In this document: one piece after another, positions 39,437 through 49,742 of the stretch
Numbering within the stretch: position 1 is the stretch's first letter
How the letters are laid out: the number at the start of each line of letters is the position of its first letter
DNA from: Fibrobacteria bacterium
GTDB lineage: Bacteria > Fibrobacterota > Chitinivibrionia > Chitinivibrionales > FEN-1185
Length of the DNA stretch: 64,000 bases
Direction: 5' to 3'
NCBI GenBank assembly: GCA_037447435.1
Contig: JBBIGR010000015.1
Coordinates: 1-64,000, forward strand
The notes under the pieces: model-generated
The model's input: only the letters and a program-made list of their open reading frames with translations
Told to the model about the DNA's origin: nothing
Database searches by the model: none
Position numbers and translations under genes: made by a program

Positions 39437-40909
39437 CTATTGGCCGAGCAGCAGGATTTCCTGAAATGTGTCTACAATGACCGGATCAAATTGTTTTCCT
39501 TTACCGCTTGTTAATATTTCCAATGCGGTTTGCTGGGAAAGCGATCGCCGGTACGGCCGGTCGGACGTCATGGCCTCGTACGCGTCGGCAACGGAAAGTA
39601 TCCTTGCGCCGAACGGGATCTGGTCGCCCCGAATGCCGTCGGGATACCCATTGCCGTCGAAAAACTCGTGATGGTGAAGTACCATAGGAACCAGGGGCCG
39701 CAAAAACGGGACATCCGCAATTATATTGGCTCCCAAAGACGGATGCCGTTTGATTTCGTCGAATTCAGATGGTGTCAAGCGCCCGGGCTTGTTGAGAATG
39801 AGTTCGCTCACCCCTATTTTCCCGATATCGTGCAACAGCCCCGCATACTTGACATTTTCAAGTTCTGCGTCGGGCAATCCGAGCCTTTTGGCCAGGACAA
39901 CGGTGTATTTCATGACATTTTCCGAATGGCCGTGCGTATAACGGTCTTTTGCTTCCACGGCGAGGGCGAATCCGCGGACGGTTTTGAGGTAATTGTCCCT
40001 GATGTTTTGATACAGCCGCACGTTTTCGATGGAGATGCTTGCCTGCGACGCCAGGACATTGATGATTTCCAAATCGACATTCGAGAATGAATTCTTTTCC
40101 CGCAACCGGATAAGATTGAGAACGCCGACGGTTCGTTGCGGCGTTTTGAGCGGGAACGCGATATACGACCGGATAGAGGGGGGCAAATCGGGAAAATCGT
40201 TAAACGGTTTTTCTTCATCCGCTTCGACCACCAGCGGCTCTTCGTTATGCGCAACCCAATGCGAGGCGGCGACAAAGGCATGTTGTTGCCAGAACTCGAG
40301 CGATTGCCGCTCCGACTTTTCTTCGATAATTAATTGTGAAGCTTCGTTGCAGGACATGAGGCATCCGCCGTCGGCCTTGGCGATTTTCACCGCATAATCC
40401 AACGCCTTATGATTAAGTTCCGGTAACTGCAGGGTGGAAGCAAGGATTTTGGTCACTTCATGCAACGAAACAAGCTTGGAAAAAAGAAGGTTTTCTTCTT
40501 CAAGTTGCTTATTAATAAGAGCGCGTTTGATTTTTTCCGCAAGTTCTTCGAGATGAAAGGGTTTCGTCAAATAATCGAATGCGCCAAGTTTTAACGCTTC
40601 TATTGCGGTATCGAGGGTCGGAAATCCGGTCGTGACCAAAACAGGCAACGACCGGTTGAATTCGCGCACCCATTTGAGCAATTCCACGCCGGACATTCCG
40701 GGCATCTTGATATCGGATAATACCAGGTCGATCCGGGCTTTCTGGATGATTTCGATCGCAGCCTCGGCGCTCGGCGCGCATGAAACCGCATAGCCTTTCA
40801 TGCGTAAATATTGCCCGACAATATCGCTTATGGATTTTTCATCGTCAACGACAAGCAGATGAACGTCGTCGGGACGGGCGCTATCCATAGTTTCAAACTC
40901 AGTTGCCAT
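39437..40909 (-). CDS. REC-GAF-HD-GYP cyclic-di-GMP phosphodiesterase
   Basis: VVDDE/SDIKMP/KPF receiver; GAF; YTHGHS, LHDIGKIG, HHEFFDGNGYP, DAYEAMTSDRPYR. Confidence 0.93.
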   Translation of the reverse strand: MATEFETMDSARPDDVHLLVVDDEKSISDIVGQYLRMKGYAVSCAPSAEAAIEIIQKARIDLVLSDIKMPGMSGVELLKWVREFNRSLPVLVTTGFPTLDTAIEALKLGAFDYLTKPFHLEELAEKIKRALINKQLEEENLLFSKLVSLHEVTKILASTLQLPELNHKALDYAVKIAKADGGCLMSCNEASQLIIEEKSERQSLEFWQQHAFVAASHWVAHNEEPLVVEADEEKPFNDFPDLPPSIRSYIAFPLKTPQRTVGVLNLIRLREKNSFSNVDLEIINVLASQASISIENVRLYQNIRDNYLKTVRGFALAVEAKDRYTHGHSENVMKYTVVLAKRLGLPDAELENVKYAGLLHDIGKIGVSELILNKPGRLTPSEFDEIKRHPSLGANIIADVPFLRPLVPMVLHHHEFFDGNGYPDGIRGDQIPFGARILSVADAYEAMTSDRPYRRSLSQQTALEILTSGKGKQFDPVIVDTFQEILLLGQ

Positions 40910-40911
40910 TG

Positions 40912-41646
40912 TTAGGCCGGTCCTTCCGCTCGCTTCCGAAATGCTGCCAGGTCTTGGGGCGTGTCGATGCCGCAACCTTTATATTTTGTAATGATACAAT
41001 GGATATGCATTCCATTTTCCAATGCCCTTAATTGTTCGAGCTTTTCACGCTGTTCAAGCACACCCGGTTCAAAACTGCAAAAACGGTCCAAGGATGTTTT
41101 CGTAAACCCGTAAATCCCCCAATGCGTCAAGAGATCGTTATGAATAGCGTCGCGGTCGTACGGGATGGGAGCGCGTGAAAAATAAAGGGCCTGCCCATTT
41201 TTTGCACATACCGCTTTTACGACATTCGGGTTTTCCTTGTCCTTTATTGTAGCATTGGACACGCAGGTAAGCAAGGAATTATCGTCAAGCTCACGGAGTT
41301 TTCCAACGAATTCTTTCAAAAGATCCGGCGGCATAAGCGGTTCATCACCCTGCAAATTGGCAATAAGGGGGGCACTGAAACGAGTAGCCACTTCATGCAC
41401 TCTATCTGTCCCGGAACAATGGTTCGGCGAAGTCATTTCGGACATGCCCCCGAAACGCAATACCGTTTCATGGATGCGTATATCGTCGGTGGCTACACAA
41501 ACTCGGGAAAAAACGTTCGCAGCCATTGCGGCATTGTATGCCCACATAATCAGCGGCAAATCCTTTATCAGGGACAATGGTTTCGCAGGTAGCCTGGTCG
41601 ACGCATACCGCGCAGGAATGACGCAAAGGATTTCTTTTTTTTCCAT
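40912..41646 (-). CDS. kdsB: 3-deoxy-manno-octulosonate cytidylyltransferase
   Basis: IPARYASTRLP.KPL, SGTDR, NLQGDEP, ALYFSR, EKLEQLRALE. Confidence 0.96.
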   Translation of the reverse strand: MEKKEILCVIPARYASTRLPAKPLSLIKDLPLIMWAYNAAMAANVFSRVCVATDDIRIHETVLRFGGMSEMTSPNHCSGTDRVHEVATRFSAPLIANLQGDEPLMPPDLLKEFVGKLRELDDNSLLTCVSNATIKDKENPNVVKAVCAKNGQALYFSRAPIPYDRDAIHNDLLTHWGIYGFTKTSLDRFCSFEPGVLEQREKLEQLRALENGMHIHCIITKYKGCGIDTPQDLAAFRKRAEGPA

Positions 41647-41656
41647 AACGCCGATT

Positions 41657-41944
41657 TTACTGTTGTATCACTTTGGGCACTGCAAAATGATTGTTGGTGA
41701 CTTTGGGGCCATTGGCAAGTAAATCCGCAGGTTGCATGGAAGGCATTTCGACATCGTCGCGCAACGGGTCGTGTACCGGTGCGACGAATGCCGTCGGTTC
41801 GATGTTCGACGTATCGATGGCATTAAGCTGTTCGACATACGTCAGTATGGACCCAAGCTGATGAGTAAGCGATTCCGTCTCATTTTCCGATACCGAAAGG
41901 CGTGCCAATGAGGCGATATGCGTAACGACATTTTTATCGATCAT
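41657..41944 (-). CDS. gatC: Asp/Glu-tRNA amidotransferase subunit C
   Basis: HIASLARL, IL.YVEQL..IDT.NIEPT, LRDD, FAVPKVI. Confidence 0.93.
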   Translation of the reverse strand: MIDKNVVTHIASLARLSVSENETESLTHQLGSILTYVEQLNAIDTSNIEPTAFVAPVHDPLRDDVEMPSMQPADLLANGPKVTNNHFAVPKVIQQ

Positions 41945-41973
41945 GATATTCCCTCTTTTAAAGCCGGTGTATG

Positions 41974-44223
41974 TTAGGATGTGAAATCCGCGAATTTCGC
42001 CATGAGTTTTTTCCTGCTTCCGTCTTGAAACAAAACGGTCATACGCATATCGTCGCCGAAGCCGCTGATATTGACGATTTTCCCGCGGCCGTATAATTTA
42101 TGTGAAACCTGTTGACCCATGCGGTATTGCACAGGGTCTTGGGAAAAATCATCGTGATGAAAGGGCTGCGCATGCTCGTTGACAACAGGCTGTTTTTGAG
42201 CATTGAACCGTACTTGCGTCGGCGGTGCGGCGCGGAATTCTTCCCGTGGAAAAAAGGCGCTTTTATCTATATACGTATACAGGTCTTGTGAAATCGACGC
42301 AAGAAACCGCGACGGCGTCATCGGCAGCACATTACCGAATCGGAACCGCTGATCGGTGTGCGAACATTCAAGACTCTCCATGGCGCGAGTGCACCCGACA
42401 TACAGCAAGCGGCGTTCTTCCTCTATTTTCGATTCGTCGTCGAAGTTTTGCCGCGAGGGTAAAATACCGTCTTCGCACCCCACGACAAAAACGTTTTTAA
42501 ACTCCAGCCCTTTTGCGCAATGGAGCGTCATCATGCTGACCGCGTCGTCCTTTTGTTCCCATCTGTCTATGTCGGACGCCAGGGAAACCTCTTCCAGAAA
42601 CGAATCGATGCCTTTGCTCGGGTTATCTTCGGTCCAGATTGCCAATGCGTTGAGCAATTCATTGACATTCTCGATCCTTGCGTTTGCTTCTTCGGAATTT
42701 TCCTCTTCGAAAACGGTCAGATATCCGCTAAGCGCAAGCATTTCGGAGCACAATTGATGCGGCGAGGCGTGCTCGGCAACCAGGTCGAGAAGCAATGTCA
42801 TGATTTCACGGAATTGCGCCAGCCCTTTTTGAGCCCGTCCGAGCGCTGCCGACGGTTCCGTGCTGCAGATGTATTCGCAGAGCGATTTTTGGGCCGCCTT
42901 GCTTTCATCGACAAGCGCGTCGCGCGATTTGTCTCCGATGCCGCGGGGCGGTACGTTTAAAATTCGTTCGCAACTGATGTCGTCCTTGGGATTGACGCAA
43001 AGCCGCAAATAGGCGATACAATCCTTGATTTCCTTGCGTTCGTAAAAACTCATGCCGCCGACAAGCACATACGGAATTTTACGTTTGCGCAACGAATCTT
43101 CGAACAAACGGGACTGTGCGTTGGTCCGGAATAAAATGGCGATATCGCGCGGGGAACAATTTCGCGCAATGGCGGATTTTACGGCATCGCAAACGGATTC
43201 CGCTTCCATCCGGTCGTCGCGATACCGGGTCACCAGAACCGCTCCGCCGCCTTTCTTTCCCGTCCACAGGGTTTTTTCGGCGCGAACCGTATTCGATATT
43301 ATCACTGCGTTTGCAAAATTCAATATCGCTTCGGTAGACCGGTAATTTTGTTCGAGCTTAAAGACTTTGGTCCCGGGAAACACTTTTTCAAAAGAAAGGA
43401 TATTGTCGATTTGGGCCCCGCGCCAGGCGTAAATACTCTGATCGTCGTCGCCCACGACAAATACTCTCCCGCTTCCCTCGGCGAGCAATTTTACAAGATA
43501 GAATTGCGCAAGATTCGTGTCTTGATATTCATCGACCAGGACATATTTAAAAAGCGACTGATAGCTTCGGCGAAGTTGTTCGTTATCCCGCAGCAAATAA
43601 ACGCTCTGCGACAAAAGATCATCGAAATCCATTGCCTGTTGACGGCGCAAACTTTCCTGGTAAACGGCATACACTCTGACCACTTCCTGCTCAAAATAGC
43701 TTCCCTGTTTATTGGCGAGGACGGCAGGAGGCATGCATGCATTTTTATATCGGGAAATCGCGGAAAGCAGCGTTTTGGGAGGCATAGTGCGCTCATCCAG
43801 CTGCAATTCCTTGACGATTTTTTTTACTAAAGACAATTGATCGTCGGCATCGAAAATCGAAAACGACGGCGAATACCCGAAATGAAGCGCCTCACGTCTC
43901 AACAATCTCGCGCAGAGAGAATGAAACGTGCCGATCCATAATCCTTTAAGCGGCAATCCGATAAGCGTTTCCACCCGCGCCTGCATTTCACGCGCTGCCT
44001 TATTTGTAAACGTCGCGGCAAAGATCTGCTGCGGCAAGATTGCCTTTTGACGGATAAGGAAAGCGATTTTGGCAGTCAAAACCCGGGTTTTGCCCGTTCC
44101 CGCGCCCGCAAAAACAAGCTGCGGTCCCGCATCGTACATCACCGCTTCTTTTTGTACCGGATTGAGAACGACATTATTTAAAAAAGTAGCGCCGCCAAAA
44201 CCATTGTTCACGTTGCTATTCAT
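41974..44223 (-). CDS. pcrA: UvrD/PcrA family DNA helicase (start 44223 or 44235)
   Basis: AGAGTGKT, TFTNKAA, DEYQDTN, GDDDQSIY, QNYRST, HCAKGLEF, EERRL; C-terminal Tudor-like domain. Confidence 0.93.
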   Translation of the reverse strand: MNSNVNNGFGGATFLNNVVLNPVQKEAVMYDAGPQLVFAGAGTGKTRVLTAKIAFLIRQKAILPQQIFAATFTNKAAREMQARVETLIGLPLKGLWIGTFHSLCARLLRREALHFGYSPSFSIFDADDQLSLVKKIVKELQLDERTMPPKTLLSAISRYKNACMPPAVLANKQGSYFEQEVVRVYAVYQESLRRQQAMDFDDLLSQSVYLLRDNEQLRRSYQSLFKYVLVDEYQDTNLAQFYLVKLLAEGSGRVFVVGDDDQSIYAWRGAQIDNILSFEKVFPGTKVFKLEQNYRSTEAILNFANAVIISNTVRAEKTLWTGKKGGGAVLVTRYRDDRMEAESVCDAVKSAIARNCSPRDIAILFRTNAQSRLFEDSLRKRKIPYVLVGGMSFYERKEIKDCIAYLRLCVNPKDDISCERILNVPPRGIGDKSRDALVDESKAAQKSLCEYICSTEPSAALGRAQKGLAQFREIMTLLLDLVAEHASPHQLCSEMLALSGYLTVFEEENSEEANARIENVNELLNALAIWTEDNPSKGIDSFLEEVSLASDIDRWEQKDDAVSMMTLHCAKGLEFKNVFVVGCEDGILPSRQNFDDESKIEEERRLLYVGCTRAMESLECSHTDQRFRFGNVLPMTPSRFLASISQDLYTYIDKSAFFPREEFRAAPPTQVRFNAQKQPVVNEHAQPFHHDDFSQDPVQYRMGQQVSHKLYGRGKIVNISGFGDDMRMTVLFQDGSRKKLMAKFADFTS

Positions 44224-44227
44224 GCTG

Positions 44228-46126
44228 CTAGTCATTCTGCGAAACTCCCAATACCTGTTCGATTGTGGTGATACCTTCGGCAGCTTTACGGAGCCCGTCG
44301 ATACGGAGCGTATCGAAACCGCCTTTACTCGCGCAATACGCCTTGATATCATCCGACGTTTTACGTTCAAGTACGAGTTTTTTTACTGTAGGGTCCGGTA
44401 TCAAAAGCTCAAAAATCCCCGATCTGCCTTTATAACCGGTTTCATTGCAAAAGCGGCATCCTTTGCCCTTATATAATGTTATGTCCGGACGAAGTCCCAG
44501 TTTCTTGAGAACATCGGGGTCTTCTCTGTACGGCTCTTTGCAGCGGGAACAAATGCGGCGAACGAGACGTTGTGCAAGCACCCCCCGAACCGTCGAACAT
44601 ATTAGAAACGGTTCCAACCCCATGTCCATGAGCCGGGTAAATGCGCTTGCCGAATCGTTCGTATGCAATGTCGAATAAACCATATGACCGGTCAAGGCGG
44701 CTTGTATTGCCATCTCGCAAGTCTGCTTGTCCCGCATTTCGCCGACCATCACGATGTCCGGATCTTGACGTAAAATAGAACGCATTCCGTCTTCAAAATT
44801 GAATCCGGCCTTGATATTGATTTGCCCTTGGTTGATGCCTTCCAAAACGAATTCGACCGGATCTTCCATGGTCACAATGTTTTTTTTACTTTCGTAATAC
44901 AAATTAACGCGAGATAACGCCGCATACAGCGTACTGCTTTTTCCGCTTCCGGTTGGGCCGGTGACAAGTACGATGCCGTCGGGCAGGCGGACAATATCGT
45001 CGAATTGCTTAAGCATGCCGGGCAGGAACCCGAGTTGATCGAGCGTCAGACTATGCGCGGCCTGGTCTATAATTCGCATGACCATTTTTTCATTGACGCC
45101 CCTGGTTCTGGTCATGACCGGAAAAGTCGAAACGCGCAAGTCTATGTTGCGTCCCTGATGCCGGATTTCGATATGCCCGTCTTGCGGTCGCCGTTTTTCG
45201 GCGATATCCATTCCGGCCATAATTTTCAAACGCGAGGTAATTTGAGCCCGTAATTGTAAAGGAATGGGATTTTGTTCCGCCAATTCGCCATCCACCCGAT
45301 ATCGCAAACGAACATACGAATCCATGGGCTCGATGTGAATATCCGACGCATTTTCACTCACCGCCTGCGTTATGATGAGGTTGACAAGCTTGACGATCTG
45401 CTTTCCTTCCTCATCGGTGAGCCTGTCGGCGTCTTCTTCCTCGTCATGACGAACCACATCCAAATCATCGACATGGACCGAACCCAAAAGTTCCGACATT
45501 TGCTCCATGCCCGACGAGTAATTTTTTTCTATCATCGCCAAAATCGAACGTTCCGCAGCAATGACCGGCTCTATTTCCTTACCCGTTTTAAACTTCAAAT
45601 GGTCCAACGTACGCAAATTAGTCGGATCGGCCATGGCGACGGTCAGCGTCCCCTCTTTTTCGAACAGCGGTATGACGCGATATCGCTTTGCCATTTCCTC
45701 GGGAATCATGTTGACAAGGCTGCGGTTAAAATTGAAATTCTCCAGCACGACATGCTGAATATCGAGTTGGGCAGACAAGACATCTACAAGTTTATTTTCG
45801 GTAATATAGCCAAGCGCGACAAGACATTTACCAAGTTGCTGCTTGGTTTTTTTCTGTTCTTCGAGCCCCATCCGCAATTGATCATCGGAAATCAACCCCT
45901 GATCGATGAGCACTTCCCCGATGCGTTTTCTCTGATCCAACTGGATTTGGGCGCCCAAAACGCTCGTTAAATCGTCTTCGGTTATATATTTCAAATTGAC
46001 AAGAACCGTACCCAGACTGACGCCGGTACGTTTATGCACCTGCAAAGCCTCCACCAATTGTTCATTGGTAATGAGTCCCTGTGCAATGAGGATTTCACCC
46101 AGTTTTTTTCTTCGTCGTTGCATCAT
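44228..46126 (-). CDS. pilB: PilB/GspE-type assembly ATPase with tandem N-terminal MshEN-like repeats
   Basis: ASDIHIEP, GPTGSGKS, EDPVE, LRQDPD, GH..STLH, CxxC/CxxC. Confidence 0.88.
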   Translation of the reverse strand: MMQRRRKKLGEILIAQGLITNEQLVEALQVHKRTGVSLGTVLVNLKYITEDDLTSVLGAQIQLDQRKRIGEVLIDQGLISDDQLRMGLEEQKKTKQQLGKCLVALGYITENKLVDVLSAQLDIQHVVLENFNFNRSLVNMIPEEMAKRYRVIPLFEKEGTLTVAMADPTNLRTLDHLKFKTGKEIEPVIAAERSILAMIEKNYSSGMEQMSELLGSVHVDDLDVVRHDEEEDADRLTDEEGKQIVKLVNLIITQAVSENASDIHIEPMDSYVRLRYRVDGELAEQNPIPLQLRAQITSRLKIMAGMDIAEKRRPQDGHIEIRHQGRNIDLRVSTFPVMTRTRGVNEKMVMRIIDQAAHSLTLDQLGFLPGMLKQFDDIVRLPDGIVLVTGPTGSGKSSTLYAALSRVNLYYESKKNIVTMEDPVEFVLEGINQGQINIKAGFNFEDGMRSILRQDPDIVMVGEMRDKQTCEMAIQAALTGHMVYSTLHTNDSASAFTRLMDMGLEPFLICSTVRGVLAQRLVRRICSRCKEPYREDPDVLKKLGLRPDITLYKGKGCRFCNETGYKGRSGIFELLIPDPTVKKLVLERKTSDDIKAYCASKGGFDTLRIDGLRKAAEGITTIEQVLGVSQND

Positions 46127-46261
46127 AATATGAAAAAATACATTAAATAAATTGAATCGTAAGAACTAATCCGTTGGATAGCTCCCTGCGATCGTATCTA
46201 CCCCAAATGTGTACGCCTGGTTTCTAAAATCGCTAACGCCCAAATACACCTAATAAGTATA

Positions 46262-47290
46262 TCATTTCGGCATATGATCCCATCCGCCTTTTTTAAGTTC
46301 CATAACAATCCCGAGAGAGTTCCTGATGAATAACCCCCTCCGTTTTTTCTCAAAGGTCCCAATTCTGGTCAAAGGTATACCGAATTTTTTAATCAACGGT
46401 TCGGGATTAAAACCTTTAGAAGCGGCAAACATCAATTCATAGTCTTCACCGCCATGCAGGAACAATTCCAGCCAATCCTTTTGAAGATAGGCTGCAGCGG
46501 ACGAAAGCGTATTCCTCCTGCTTGGAATATCTTCCGGTAAAATTATTCCTAATTTATTTTCGAATCCCATTGTTCTTCCGTCTTTGGAAATACCGTCGGA
46601 AATGTCCATAGCACAGTGGACAGCCGCATTTTCGCTCAATGCCCGGCCAAGCTCGATGCGAGGTATCGGGTGAATATGGGCTTTTACATATTTTAATAAT
46701 GGCAGGGGAATCGTATCTTTAGAAGCGTGTTTTTGCAAGATTTGAAGGCCGGCGGCACTCATCCCGGGATTTCCGGTAACCCATAATCCGTCGTTGTGAC
46801 GCGCGCCTTTCCGTAACAATATCCTTTGTCGGTTCGATTTCCGCCCAAGCAGTGTGATATCGATTATCCAGCATGGACCTGCGCTGAGATTTCCGCCGAT
46901 TATCGGAAATTTCCACTTTCTGCAGGTATTTGCAAAACCCTTATATATTTGCGTAATTGCCAAAGAAATATCGGGTGCGGGGCAATTTTGCGGAAAAATG
47001 ATTTGAACCAGGGCGCAGTCCGGCTGTGTAGCCATAGCAGCGCAATCGCTCACGTTTATGGCCATTGCTTTATACCCGATTTCCGAGAAAGTCATATAAC
47101 GCAATGAAAAATGCACATTCTCGACAAAGGAATCGGCTGTCAGAATAAGTTGTTCGCGATCATGACAGACACGAATCGCGGCATCATCGCCGATTGGAAT
47201 GGGAAATCGCGGGGATTTTTTATAGCACAAAGAAGGCCTAATAGACTCAAGAAGCGAATATTCCGAAGACGGAGAATAGTGTGCTGCCAC
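46262..47290 (-). CDS. thiL: thiamine-monophosphate kinase
   Basis: IGDDAA, VHF, NVSDCAAM, MDISDG, GGEDYEL, GWDH. Confidence 0.93.
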   Translation of the reverse strand: MAAHYSPSSEYSLLESIRPSLCYKKSPRFPIPIGDDAAIRVCHDREQLILTADSFVENVHFSLRYMTFSEIGYKAMAINVSDCAAMATQPDCALVQIIFPQNCPAPDISLAITQIYKGFANTCRKWKFPIIGGNLSAGPCWIIDITLLGRKSNRQRILLRKGARHNDGLWVTGNPGMSAAGLQILQKHASKDTIPLPLLKYVKAHIHPIPRIELGRALSENAAVHCAMDISDGISKDGRTMGFENKLGIILPEDIPSRRNTLSSAAAYLQKDWLELFLHGGEDYELMFAASKGFNPEPLIKKFGIPLTRIGTFEKKRRGLFIRNSLGIVMELKKGGWDHMPK

Positions 47291-47299
47291 ACAACCACC

Positions 47300-48034
47300 T
47301 TATGCGCATAGTTTTGCGGCCTTCTCGATTGCATCCAAAGCAGCACGTTCATCTTTACATAATGAAACAAACTCCGTGATGCCGAAAATATCCAAGAGGT
47401 CGCTGATAAATTGGTCGCCGCCGTACATTGCCACCGCAGCTTTGCTCTCATGAATCTGTACGAGCAGCTTACCCAAAATATGCATTCCGCCGCTATCTAC
47501 CATATCAAGCCCTGTCAAATCGAACACGTATTTATGCACCGTACCATCGACGGTGAAGGAGGTCAATGCCGATAGATCCCGACCCAGCCCGCAACTTCCC
47601 GATAGCCCGATCCGGTACACGCCGTTTTCGATCCTGCCGACGAAAACAAAACCAAATTTTTCCTTAAGCGTTTTTTTCTCCAAAAGTTCTTCTTGCGAAA
47701 TTTCAAACTCAACGTCGGTGGCGTACATGGTGAAAAGCTTATCGAGATGCACGGCGCCGAGAATTTCGCGTATTTTAAACGAAACATTGACAAGATATAA
47801 TTTCGCATTTTTCTCGTCGAGGCGTTTTTTGATTCGTATCAGCAGCCCCAAACCGGAACTAAAGAGATTATGCGTCGATTCCAAATCGAGCACAACCGCA
47901 ATTGCGGAGTCGGCAACGGCCATACCGATTTGTTCTTCTATCCTTGTATAATTGTCCATATTGATGGAATCGGGCAGCTTTATCCAAAGAAATCCGTTTT
48001 TCACGGATACATTCAGGGCTAGATCGTTGTTCAT
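47300..48034 (-). CDS. tandem STAS-domain (anti-sigma antagonist-like) protein
   Basis: VVLDL...FSSGLGLL and VFDLTGLDMVDSGG. Confidence 0.8.
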   Translation of the reverse strand: MNNDLALNVSVKNGFLWIKLPDSINMDNYTRIEEQIGMAVADSAIAVVLDLESTHNLFSSGLGLLIRIKKRLDEKNAKLYLVNVSFKIREILGAVHLDKLFTMYATDVEFEISQEELLEKKTLKEKFGFVFVGRIENGVYRIGLSGSCGLGRDLSALTSFTVDGTVHKYVFDLTGLDMVDSGGMHILGKLLVQIHESKAAVAMYGGDQFISDLLDIFGITEFVSLCKDERAALDAIEKAAKLCA

Positions 48035-48038
48035 GATA

Positions 48039-49655
48039 TCATCCCTCTACTACTATTGCAGCGTCTTTTATCCGGAATGTTTTGTTGATAAGAGCAGACT
48101 TAATGACCTTTGTCATTCCGTATAAATTTATTTCGGTCCCGGGGAAAATGTCCCCTGCCACCTTAATATACCCGGTGTAGGTCCGAGGTTTCTTGAGTTC
48201 GGCTTCAAGCGCTGCGACTTTTTCCAAAACATATTTCAATTTGGCCGCCAGTTTATTATATGCGTCGAGCCATTTCTTTAATTCGTCGGATTGCCGTTGC
48301 GACGGTTGTCCGCCTGCGGCTTTCAAAATTGCCGCCTTAGCTTTGAGCTGCTTTTGTATCGGCTCCATTTCGATTTCGAGTTTTTTTTGCAGCGTATGCA
48401 ACTCTTTCATTTTGTCGGCAATCGCCTTTTCTTCTTTGTCTACCACACATATCTTTGTTTCAATACCCTTTTCATTTCCTAAAATATCGATTTCGACTTT
48501 CGAAAATGCGATCAACGATCCGCCGATTATCGCCGCATGCGGCTGACTTCCTATTGCGGTTTCACACGTAATATCGCAATGCATGCAGTATTTATCGATA
48601 TTGAGCATCGACTCGGTGCATATGATGGCCGATTGGGCAAATACAAGGTTGATTTCCTTTTTTGCAGAAACAAACATATCGTTTTTTCCAACAATGCCCT
48701 TTTGCAACGTAACTGATCCGTTTCGCGAAATAATTTTTGCCGATTCGGCTTCTCCCCGGATGATAATGTTTCCGTCGGACTCAACCGTGAAACCCGGCAG
48801 TACGCCCCCGCAGATGTCGACGTCTCCAGAATATTTTATATTGCCAACCGAAAAATCGACATCGTTTTTTATAGTCAACTGTTCGCCGACGTTGACAAGA
48901 TCTCCCTGTTTATAAAGATATCCGCTTTTCTCGGCTTTCAAAAATTTTCCATCATCCGAAACCACGGTGTTTTTTCCGGGTCTGATTGCAATGTCAACCC
49001 CCGGTTTTGCCGGGACTTTTTTCCCTGTTACGTCGATACCCGCCACTCCCTCGCCGGGTGGCTCTTTCCTTGCAATAACCTGACCGGCACCAACCTGAAC
49101 GATCGATTGGATATTTCTATAATCCACTTTTCCGCTTTGTTCTTCTTTCGGCTTGATAGCCTTATCCACGTCGAGCTCGAAAATCAATTTAGCGGCTTCG
49201 CCATCCACGGGCGGCGTACCTTCGGCAATCACTATCTCGTGATCGTATTGCGCATTTTTTACGATTTCCCGTATCCTGTCGAAATTGAGGCCGTGAACGA
49301 TTCCTTTTCTCCGGAAACAGAAAACCAAGGCCGTGTCGGTCACTTTAATGTCGTTACTGATGGCAACCGAACTTATGGTGACTGCGGCCTGCATCGGCGT
49401 CACATTTAAATCGACATACCGGTCGAGTTCCGGATTGTAAATTTCGAAAAGGGGGCCTATTTTTTCAAAAACGCCTTTCGCGGCTTCCACGATTTCCTTG
49501 ATTTTATTGATATCGAAATTCGTCACAAACGCCTGGAAAAGGCAATTTCTAATTTCCGCTATCTGGACCTTTGCCTTGTGCTCAGGGGAAACCTTAATGA
49601 ATACCCCGTCGGCCCTGTTTTCAACAGGGAAAAATTTACTAAGTGGGTTTTCCAA
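48039..49655 (-). CDS. FapA (DUF342) family protein
   Basis: IAEGTPPVDG, GKVDYR, DVDFSVGNIKY.G, coiled coil, IFPGTEI. Confidence 0.9.
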   Translation of the reverse strand: MENPLSKFFPVENRADGVFIKVSPEHKAKVQIAEIRNCLFQAFVTNFDINKIKEIVEAAKGVFEKIGPLFEIYNPELDRYVDLNVTPMQAAVTISSVAISNDIKVTDTALVFCFRRKGIVHGLNFDRIREIVKNAQYDHEIVIAEGTPPVDGEAAKLIFELDVDKAIKPKEEQSGKVDYRNIQSIVQVGAGQVIARKEPPGEGVAGIDVTGKKVPAKPGVDIAIRPGKNTVVSDDGKFLKAEKSGYLYKQGDLVNVGEQLTIKNDVDFSVGNIKYSGDVDICGGVLPGFTVESDGNIIIRGEAESAKIISRNGSVTLQKGIVGKNDMFVSAKKEINLVFAQSAIICTESMLNIDKYCMHCDITCETAIGSQPHAAIIGGSLIAFSKVEIDILGNEKGIETKICVVDKEEKAIADKMKELHTLQKKLEIEMEPIQKQLKAKAAILKAAGGQPSQRQSDELKKWLDAYNKLAAKLKYVLEKVAALEAELKKPRTYTGYIKVAGDIFPGTEINLYGMTKVIKSALINKTFRIKDAAIVVEG

Positions 49656-49742
49656 GAATTATCCCCATCATTAAAGGAATAAAAATGCACAATGCCGAAT
49701 CAGGATCACTATTGTAAGTATAGGAACAAGGGAATTGCTTTT

